A stretch of 64,000 nucleotides of DNA from Eledone cirrhosa (lineage: Eukaryota). The DNA lies in the NCBI GenBank assembly GCA_964016885.1, contig OZ024742.1, positions 178,746,001 through 178,810,000 on the forward strand, in the 5' to 3' direction. How positions within the stretch are numbered: position 1 is the stretch's first letter; each line of letters opens with the position of its first letter. Made by a program: the position numbers and the translations under genes. Below the pieces are notes generated by a model. It ran no database searches. It was not told the DNA's origin and worked only from the letters and a program-made list of their open reading frames with translations. Of the stretch, positions 53,829-64,000 are shown piece after piece.

Positions 53829-54209
53829 TAGCTATAGAATTTATCAATATATAACACATGTATGCTTAATATCACGAGAAGCCATTTTATTCAATAAATT
53901 TCTATGGTGGAATTTAAAGCTATGAATGATAGAAAGTATATAATATATATTTTGTTATATATACTTATATATGTATGTATACATATATAAAGATAGGTAA
54001 CTTACTCATCTATCAGTTACAGAATCTATCAATGTATCCGTACGTTTTACAAACACGAAGAAAAAGTGGTAATACCAAAGTAAAGAGTATTGTATATATA
54101 TTGTATATATATATATTTTTTTATTAAACTAATGAAATTAATTTCTGTTACTACAGAGTTACCTTAGCAATAAAGTTTTAAAAAACCAGACAAACAATAT
54201 ATATGTTTG

Positions 54210-54250
<41 letters not shown>

Positions 54251-54399
54251 TGTGTATGTGCATGTGTGTGTGTGTGTATGTGCATGTGTGTGTTTATCCT
54301 TGTGTCTGTACATATGTATGTTACGTAACTCAAGGTTTCGACAAAAAGATTGAAATAAATACCAGATTAAAAAAAAAAAAAATTGCAGCCGGTATGATC

Positions 54400-54430
<31 letters not shown>

Positions 54431-54431
<1 letters not shown>

Positions 54432-54813
54432 CGATATTAACAAATGGAAACTATATTTATAAAACCATATTTATTTCATTAAACATATTTCAAGGATACC
54501 AATTTAAATTATGGTATGCCTTCATCAGACAAAATACAATATATACCAGTTTTATAAATAAACATTGACGTACCCTTTCAAAATGCGACCGTTAAACGGT
54601 CGCATTTTGAAAGGGTACGTCAATGTCTGATGAAGGCATACCATAATTTAACTTGGTATCCTTGAAATATGTATAATGAAATAAATATGGTTTTATAAAT
54701 ATAGTTTCCATTTGTTAATATCGTATATCTACTCCAAATACTTGTCGAGTGCTTTATATCAGTTATAAAAATATTTACTTGTTGTATCCCAACAATTTAA
54801 ATAGAACTTTTGC
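54431..54813 (+). mobile_element. Fold-back unit with two opposed HHR-like motifs (cores at 54522-54528 minus and 54627-54633 plus); related fragment at 25358-25483
   Basis: Arms 54431-54531 and 54624-54724, inner palindrome 54562-54626, tail of about 88 bp; CTGATGA-AGG..ATACCA..TGGTAT.CCTT-GAAA-TATG-TA; stem I imperfect. Confidence 0.75.
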
Positions 54814-54843
<30 letters not shown>

Positions 54844-54844
<1 letters not shown>

Positions 54845-55547
54845 TAATAAGGTAATGAATTCTTTTACAATGGAATCAGCTCGAATGAGGAAAAATAACC
54901 CCTGAGCAGTGTATAAATTAATATGTATGTGATGAAACACAGATACCAACACATCTGTATATATATTGCGAAAGAAAAATTTAGCCAGATTGAAGTATAC
55001 TAATTATTATACTACAGTTTGTCCATATCGATTTAAAATAATAAATCAACGGAGACGAACTGTATTGGCAAAAGGCCGTGATGTTTAGACACATTTAAAT
55101 TTCAAAATCAAACCTGTTCCGTAGATAAGTTTAGACTTTAAGATCCAAATATGTTTCGAGTTAAATAAGTGTAGGAATATCATGTCCCGCTCTCCTCAGT
55201 AAACATCCAGAGACAAATTGATATGCTTCACTTCTAAATAATTTAAAAGACTGCGTGGCGCACATGGCTTTACAGTATCTAACTAGTCTCATAACCGTAC
55301 TGCTAGAAATAACAGTCGTGTATATGAGGCGGCTTTGCAGCTCAAACTAGGAGCAGATTAAAATTAATAAGGTAATGAATTCTTTTACAATGGAATCAGC
55401 TCGAATGAGGAAAAATAACCCCTGAGCAGTGTATACATTAATATGTATGTGATGAAACACAGATACCAACACATCTGTATATATATTGCGAAAGAAAAAT
55501 TTAGCCAGATTGAAGTATACTAATTATTATACTACAGTTTGTCCATA
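54844..55547 (-). mobile_element. 520-bp unit present as about 1.35 copies, with a decayed HHR at 55143-55204
   Basis: 54844-55027 equals 55364-55547; minus strand GTTTA-CTGAGGA-GAG...CTC-GAAA-CATA-TT-TGGAT; 3' end in (TA)n. Confidence 0.65.
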
Positions 55548-57100
55548 CTTGGCCATAATTAGTTGGTCAATGAGTTTCTGCTTGCTCTCAGCTCTATACA
55601 GTTGACTTGAGAACCACATTTTTCCCCACATTCCGCAGATGTTTTCGGCACCAGCGCGCAGCTTCGCTCGTTCATCAGGCATCAAAATAAACCCAAGCAA
55701 CAAATAAATTGCTCGGCTATTCCAACAAGCATTGTGCAAGTTAGGTAATTTCTTAAAATTTATTTTAGGAAACGCACCGTTTTCAAAGAAATGTTGCACG
55801 GCTATCATGAGATGCTGGAGGAAATCCATGTCACTTCGCCAGCGCGTCGGGGTTTCATTAATTTCCGTCGTTCCATTTGAAAAGTTCTGCTTCAGTTCGT
55901 CATAGTTCTTTAAAATGGCCTCAACAAAGTAATAATTGATATATGGCGAAGTTGTTTTGCTACTATATGGTTGATCAAAATAAACTTTCAATGCACGGTC
56001 TAAAATGTGGTGCTGGCATCCAACATATAATGGTTTGCTGTAACTGTGACGCGCGAACTCACTGTTGAGCATGGCAACAACTCCTGCCCTTTTGCCGGTA
56101 TTGACACTAGTTGTGTCGGAGACTATCATCACGATAGATTCCCACAGTTCATATTTGTCAATAACTTCTTTCAATTCATTAAATATAGTAAGAGCCTTTC
56201 CATCAGTTAATGCCATCGGCCTCAGGCGTATTTCTTTCTCATCATTTTTTATCACTACAACCTGATATTCTACGTCTCTCATTCGTTTTCCATCAAAATG
56301 AAGGCTCTATTTTTCCCTTTTGAGTTCATTTTTCCACTTTTCCACGAGATCTCACCTCTCTGATAACTGCTTTGTGCACTGCCGACTGACTCGGGGTGCT
56401 CACCTTAATACCACCACTTTTAAATTCGTTGCAAACTGGTGCTGCTTTTCTACTAGGTAATTTAGTATTTCTTACTAGGTTAACAGCATGAGCTGTGTTT
56501 TCTCTTTTTCGTTTTTTTTTCTGGTGAAGGTGAAGGTGAAGGTGAAGGTGAAGGTTTTTAATCGCTGGTATTTGTATCGGTGTCACTGTAACTTTTATTT
56601 GAGTCCAGATGAATGTATGAGCAGGATGGCTTATCATGATCTAGTTCATGTTTTTTGTTTTTAATTCTCTTAGAAGGATGGATTTTCTTTTCACAGTCTA
56701 TTTTCATTGTAGTATACCCAGCCTTTCCACAACTCTCAACTTGCTTTTCATAAAATGACAAATCTTCGGTTGCTAACCATATCCCATATCTTTTTGTAAT
56801 GTCAAACAGATTATTGAAATTCGCAGAGTCAGGTCTTTTCACTTCTTTTTCCTTTTTTAAAATTATTTTTCAATTTTTTGAGGTATTGAAAGTTTGTTGA
56901 TAGTTGGAAAGCTGAACTTTTCCCACAAACTTTCACATTCTTCAGTAATTATCTTAATTCTTTTTTTGGTATTTTTCTCTTCAGCAGCAAGAGTGATATA
57001 TCTATCAACGATCTGTTACTCAGTAGGTAGCTTGCATAATTCGATTAATGAACTTTGAATTTTCGTTTTCCTAGATTTCTTTCTCTTCTCAAAATGACAA
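55548..57100 (-). pseudogene. Decayed DDE transposase, hATm-like
   Basis: LHFDGK (manual, near 56300), SDTTSVNTG, GCQHHILD, WRSDM, NACWNSRAIY; split over several frames; C-terminus replaced by the 520-bp unit; TIRs not found. Confidence 0.7.
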
Positions 57101-57930
57101 ATATTTTATGCCCAAATGATTTTTCCTTTCCTCTTTAGCAACTGGATTTTTATACATCTGAAATTTATAATATTAATATAATATAATTATAAATATTAAA
57201 ATATATTAATAAATATCCCTCGCAAATTTTAATTTATTCTATTTATGTATTTTATGAATTTTATGAACAGATTAAACTGACAAATAAGTGATCAACGAGC
57301 AATAAAGTTGATCCATTAAACAATTTGAAGAAGAATACTATATTTTATAAACTGTTAAATTGCACACTATATATTTTTTTATTACATACATTGTATATGC
57401 AATTCTATATTAGTTAATCAATGTTAAAGAATCTACCTTGTGCAAGAGTCATTGAAAATTCTAATATTTTTAAACATGCTCACAAGTATTTTCTAGTAAA
57501 AGTTCATCTGAAAATTGCCTTCATATTATTATCACTGTTAAACTAATATCTAATATATCAGACTCTGTATCTGAAGGATTGACGGAACACGGAACCTATC
57601 TCTGGATCTCACTGAATTACTTGCTAACAGATTACATTGAGTGCTATCAACGGTATAGACCTTATCACGAAATGTAGACCACATTAGAAATATATATGTG
57701 TGGCTATCACTGGCTGTTATAAATCATGAGACGTTTCCCTAGATATAGTATCATACAATTTAAAATTTTAGAACACTTTAAGTATGCAACGTTTTTTCTT
57801 ACTCTAATGAATTCATTACGTTTTCACACTCTCACACAAATATTATATAAGCAACATTTTCTATCGGGTATTAACTACCTTGATTAAATCTTAACCATTT
57901 AACATCTCAGGGTATGTCATGTATCATTAT

Positions 57931-58017
57931 ATTTTGTCTGATGAGGACGTACTGTTGTACATCCGAAATATATATAATAAAATGTAATTGATCAAAAGAA
58001 CATCTATTTTATTAATA

Positions 58018-58101
<84 letters not shown>

Positions 58102-58170
58102 TATTAATAAAATAGATGTTCTTTTGATCAATTCCATTTTATTATACATATTTCGGATGTACAACAGTAC
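57931..58170. mobile_element. HHR-like unit end and its tail-to-tail inverted copy around (TA)n
   Basis: CTGATGA (57938)-GGACGTAC tgtt GTACATCC-GAAA-TATA-TA; 58099-58170 is the reverse complement of 57949-58019. Confidence 0.75.
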
Positions 58171-58379
58171 TTTGTTTTATCATGAGTTAAGGCTCTATTG
58201 ATTTTTCCCTGGATTTCTCTAAATTCTGTTGGATAAATCTATATCCCGATTCCTTTTGAATTGAGTCTGAATTATTTTTCCCATATCTTATGTTAACTAT
58301 TTTCCCATTTTGACGCTATAGTCGCATATATGTTATGGAATACTATTAGCTTCTCGCTACAACAATTTCTATACTTTTC

Positions 58380-58422
<43 letters not shown>

Positions 58423-58580
58423 AAGAGCACACGCATATTTCTTTCCCCTAACTTTACTCCTTCCGAGGAAGCGTTAACGTCCGATACGTTGAGACATTCT
58501 TTTTCTTTTTTCAACAACCGTGAAACTAATAAGATTGTATAATTGTTTCTTTTTAAAATCTTGATCTATGCGTGTGTGTG

Positions 58581-58698
<118 letters not shown>

Positions 58699-58805
58699 TG
58701 AGTGTGTATGGGGTAGTGTTAGTATCAGAAAGGGAGCGATCGCCCAGAGGATCTATTTCTGGTGGCAGTAGCAGTGATGGTGGCAATGTTTGTGTTATTA
58801 TTATA

Positions 58806-59125
58806 TTCTGAGTTCGAATCCCGCCGAGGTTAACTTTGCCTTTCATCCTTACGGGGGTCGATAAAATAAAGTACCAGTAATGCACTGGGTAATTGCTGGC
58901 CTTGTGCCAAAAAGTAGAAACAATTATTATTATTAGGGCGGTGAATTGACAGTATCGGTTGAGGGTTGGACGCCATGCTTTCTAGCATAGTTACGCCCCT
59001 TTACGGTCTGAGTTCAAATCCCGTTGAGGTTAACTTTGCCTTTCATCCTTACGGGGTCGACATTATAAAGTACCAGTAATGTACTAGGTATTTTGCTGGC
59101 CTTGTGCCAAAAGTAGAAACAATTA
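58806..59125 (+). mobile_element. Two tandem SINE copies (5'-truncated 58806-58925; full 58936-59125) with (ATT)n tails
   Basis: Match to 35511-35695. Confidence 0.9.
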
Positions 59126-59149
59126 TTATTATTTCGTCGTTGTTGTTGC

Positions 59150-59204
<55 letters not shown>

Positions 59205-59879
59205 GGTGTTGTTCCTATTAATCCGCAAGTTTGTAGAGAATCCTGATCACCTTAAATGCATCTCTGTCACCACAACAGCCAACGTCATGACCGACACCAG
59301 CCCCGCCATCACCACCACACCCTCACCAACACCACCACACCCTCACCAACATCATTACAGTCAGTACTACAATCCCCACCACCACCACCACCACCACCAC
59401 CACCAACTCCATTACTACACCATCGCCACCCCACTATCAGTAATACCACCATCACCAACACCACCTCGGTCAGTAGTACCACCAATACTACCACCTCCAC
59501 CACTACACCACCTCCACCACATCATCACCAATACCACCTCTGTCAATACTACCACCGCTATTACCAATTCCACCATCACCACCATCATCACTCTACTATC
59601 ACCAATACTACTATTACCAATACTATCTCGATCAGTACTACCACCATCACTACCAACTCCACCATCATCACCACCACCACCACCACCACCACCCACCACC
59701 ACCACCACCACCACCACACACCACCACCATCACCACCCCACTATCATCAATATCACCCTTACTAACACTACCTCGGTTAGTAGTACCACTGCCACTAACA
59801 CCCCCACCACTACACCATCACCACCCCACCATCACCGATACAACCACCACCACCATCACCACCACCAATTCTACCCCAT

Positions 59880-61430
59880 TATCAACAAAACCGCCATTTC
59901 TAACAACACTTCGGTCAGTACTGCCACCACTACTACTACAAAGACCACTAGCAACATCACTACCACCACTACCACTACCACCACTACCACCACTACCACC
60001 ACCGCCTCCATTATCAGCAAAACTGCCATTTCTAACACTTCGGTCAGTACTACCACCACTACTACTACAAACACCACTAGCAACATCACTACCACCACTA
60101 CCACTACCACTACTACCACCACTACCACCACCGCCCCCACTATCAGCAAAACCGCCATTTCTAACACTTCGGTCAGTACTACCACCACTACTACTACAAA
60201 CACCACTAGCAACATCACTACCACCACTACCACCACTACTACTACAAACACCACTAGCAACATCACTACCACCACTACCACCACTACTACTACAAACACC
60301 ACTAGCAACATCACTACCACCACTACCACTACCACTACTACCACCACTACCACTACTACCACCACTACCACCACTACTACTACAAACACCACTAGCAACA
60401 TCACTACCACCACTACCACCACTACTACTACAAACACCACTAGCAACATCACTACCACCACTACCACTACCACTACTACCACCACTACCACTACTACCAC
60501 TACTACCACCACTACTACTACAAACACCACTAGCAACATCACTACCACCACTACCACCACTACTACTACAAACACCACTAGCAACATCACTACCACCACT
60601 ACCACCACTACTACTACAAACACCACTAGCAACATCACTACCACCACTACCACTACCACTACTACCACCACTACCACTACTACCACCACTACCACCACTA
60701 CTACTACAAACACCACTAGCAACATCACTACCACCACTACCACTACCACTACTACCACCACTACCACTACTACCACTACTACCACCACTACTACTACAAA
60801 CACCACTAGCAACATCACTACCACCACTACCACTACCACTACTACCACCACTACCACTACTACCACCACTACCACCACTACTACTACAAACACCACTAGC
60901 AACATCACTACCACCACTACCACTACCACTACTACCACCACTACCACTACTACCACTACTACCACCACTACTACTACAAACACCACTAGCAACATCACTA
61001 CCACCACTACCACTACCACTACTACCACCACTACCACTACTACCACTACTACCACCACTACTACTACAAACACCACTAGCAACATCACTACCACCACTAC
61101 CACTACCACTACTACCACCACTACCACTACTACCACTACTACCACCACTACCACCACTACCACTACTACCACCACTACCACTACTACCACTACTACCACC
61201 ACTACTACTACAAACACCACTAGCAACATCACTACCACCACTACCACTACCACTACTACCACCACTACCACCACTACCACTACTACCACCACTACCACCA
61301 CTACCACTACTACCACCACTACCACTACTACCACTACTACCACCACTACTACTACAAACACCACTAGCAACATCACTACCACCACTACCACCACTACTAC
61401 TACTACAAACACCACTAGCAACATCACTAC
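59880..61430 (+). repeat. ACC/ACT-based variable minisatellite with anchor ACAAACACCACTAGCAACATC
   Basis: Anchor recurs at spacings such as 48, 90 and 150 bp; more irregular ACC-rich DNA from 59260. Confidence 0.92.
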
Positions 61431-61619
61431 CCTTGCTGCCCACCCTCTGTCGAAATCAACTAGATAACCTGTGTAGTCATACATCAACATCTTGGTGGGA
61501 GTCCAACATTGACCACACCTACTGAACTATCTAATTCTGACCACTGGACAATGGACAACAATGGAAAGGTCAAATTAAATTATCAAACTGCGTCTCTAAG
61601 TTCTAATTAAGTAGTATTA

Positions 61620-64000
61620 AGTGTGATGGTAGAGGTGTTGTTGGTGGTGGTGTGTTGGTGCTGGTGATAGTGCTAAGATGTTGCTGGCGGATGGTGGTGT
61701 GGGCGTGATGGTGTTGGTGGTGGTGTTGGTGGTGATGGTGTTGGTGGTGGTGTTGGTGGTGATGGTGTTGGTGGTGGTGTTGGTGGTGGTGTTGGTGGTG
61801 ATGGTGTTGGTGGTGGTGTTGGTGGTGATGGTGTTGGTGGTGATGGTGTTGGTGGTGATGGTGTTGGTGGTGGTGGTGTTGGTGGTGATGGTGTTGGTGG
61901 TGGTGTTGGTGGTGGTGTTGGTGGTGATGGTGTTGGTGGTGGTGTTGGTGGTGATGGTGTTGGTGGTGATGGTGTTGGTGGTGATGGTGTTGGTGGTGGT
62001 GTTGGTGGTGGTGTTGGTGGTGATGGTGTTGGTGGTGGTGTTGGTGGTGATGGTGTTGGTGGTGATGGTGTTGGTGGTGATGGTGTTGGTGGTGGTGGTG
62101 TTGGTGGTGATGGTGTTGGTGGTGGTGTTGGTGGTTGTGTTGGTGGTGATGTTGGTGGTGGTGGTGTTGGTGGTGGTGTGTTGGTGCTGGTGATAGTGCT
62201 AGGATGTTGCTGGCGGATGGTGGTGTGGGCGTGGCGGATGGTGGTGTGGGCGTGATGGTGTTGGTGGCGGTGTTGGTGGTGATGGTGTTGGTGGTGGTGG
62301 TGTTGGTGGTGATGGTGTTGGTGGTGGTGTTGGTGGTGGTGTTGGTGGTGACGGTGTTGGTGGTGGTGTTGGTGGTGATGGTGTTGGTGGTGATGGTGTT
62401 GGTGGTGGTGGTGTTGGTGGTGATGGTGGTGGTGTTGGTGCTGGTGTGATGGCGCTGGTGATAGTGCTAGGATGTTGCTGGCGGATGGTGGTGTGGGCGT
62501 GATGGTGTTGGTGGTGATGTTGGTGGTGATGTTGTTGGTGGTGGTGTTGGTGGTGATGGTGTTGGTGTTGGTGTTGGTGGTGACGGTGTTGGTGGTGGTG
62601 TTGGTGGTGATGGTGTTGGTGGTGATGGTGTTGGTGGTGGTGGTGTTGGTGGTGATGGTGTTGGTGGTGATGGTGTTGGTGGTGGTGTTGGTGGTGGTGT
62701 TGGTGGTGATGTTGGTGGTGGTGGTGGTGTTGGTGCTGGTGTGATGGCGCTGGTGATAGTGCTAGGATGTTGCTGGCGGATGGTGGTGTGGGCGTGATGG
62801 TGTTGGTGGTGGTGTTGGTGGTGATGGTGTTGGTGGTGATGGTGTTGGTGGTGGTGTTGGTGGTGGTGTTGGTGGTGACGGTGTTGGTGGTGGTGTTGGT
62901 GGTGATGGTGTTGGTGGTGATGGTGTTGGTGGTGGTGGTGTTGGTGGTGATGGTGTTGGTGGTGATGGTGTTGGTGGTGGTGTTGGTGGTGGTGTTGGTG
63001 GTGATGTTGGTGGTGGTGGTGGTGTTGGTGCTGGTGTGATGGCGCTGGTGATAGTGCTAGGATGTTGCTGGCGGATGGTGGTGTGGGCGTGATGGTGTTG
63101 GTGGTGATGTTGGTGGTGATGTTGTTGGTGGTGGTGTTGGTGGTGATGGTGTTGGTGTTGGTGTGGGCGTGATGGTGTTGGTGGTGGTGTTGGTGTTGGT
63201 GTGGGCGTGATGGTGTTGGTGGTGGTGTTGGTGGTGATGGTGTTGGTGTTGGTGTGGGCGTGATGGTGTTGGTGGTGGTGTTGGTGGTGATGGTGTTGGT
63301 GGTGATGTTGGTGGTGATGGTGTTGGTGGTGATGTTGGTGGTGATGGTGTTGGTGGTGATGGTGTTGGTGGTGGTGTTGGTGGTGATGGTGTTGGTGGTG
63401 ATGGTGTTGGTGGTGGTGTTGGTGGTGATGGTGTTGGTGGTGATGGTGTTGGTGGTGGTGTTGGTGGTGATGGTGTTGGTGGTGGCGTTGGTGGTGATGG
63501 TGTTGGTGGTGGCGTTGGTGGTGATGGTGTTGGTGGTGATGTTGGTGGTGATGGTGTTGGTGGTGGTGTGTTGGTGCTGGTGATAGTGCTAAGATGTTGC
63601 TGGCGGATGGTGGTGTGGGCGTGATGGTGTTGGTGGTGGTGTTGGTGGTGATGGTGTTGGTGGTGATGGTGTTGGTGGTGATGTTGGTGGTGATTGTGTT
63701 GGTGGTGGTGGTGTTGGTGGTGATGGTGTTGGTGTTGGTGTGGGCGTGATGGTGTTGGTGGTGGTGTTGGTGGTGATGGTGTTGGTGGTGATGGTGTTGG
63801 TGGTTGGTGGTGTGGGCGTGATGGTGTTGGTGGTGGTGTTGGTGGTGATGGTGTTCGTGGTGATGGTGTTGGTGGTGGTGTCGGTGGTGATGGTGTTGGT
63901 GGTGGTGTGGTGGTGACGGTGTTGGTGGTGGTGTTGGTGGTGATGGTGTTGGTGGTGGTGTTGGTGGTGATGGTGTTGGTGGTGTTGGTGGTGATGGTGT
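61620..64000 (+). repeat. GGT/GAT/GTT-based minisatellite with higher-order anchor GCTGGTGATAGTGCTA(A/G)GATGTTGCTGGCGGATGG
   Basis: Anchor near 61660, 62186, 62454, 62749, 63044 and 63576; runs off the window end. Confidence 0.92.

Overview
AT-rich, microsatellite-saturated animal DNA with no recognisable host gene. The tRNA-derived SINE resembles the abundant octopod SINEs, so a coleoid cephalopod origin is inferred. Autonomous-type elements: one R4/Dong-type RLE LINE with an intact 1130-aa ORF plus a 5'-truncated tandem copy, three decayed Tx1/L1-clade LINE copies, a 5'-inverted RTE LINE, three Penelope-like element (PLE) fragments (one Neptune-like, two Naiad-like), a hAT MITE with an 8-bp TSD, a decayed hATm-like transposase and a Tigger-like MITE. 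The main signal lies outside the ORF track: about a dozen unrelated non-coding units carry type I hammerhead ribozyme (HHR) motifs and sit in (TA)n tracts. The clearest is a near-perfect 310-bp tandem array (15026-17573) with one HHR per unit, a retrozyme-like multimer. Most units share one architecture: (TA)n, an inverted arm, a direct arm with an extra 3' tail, then (TA)n. This points to a (TA)n-targeted, PLE-mobilised ribozyme RNA system. All folding and alignments were done by eye; family assignments rest on protein motifs and no database was searched.
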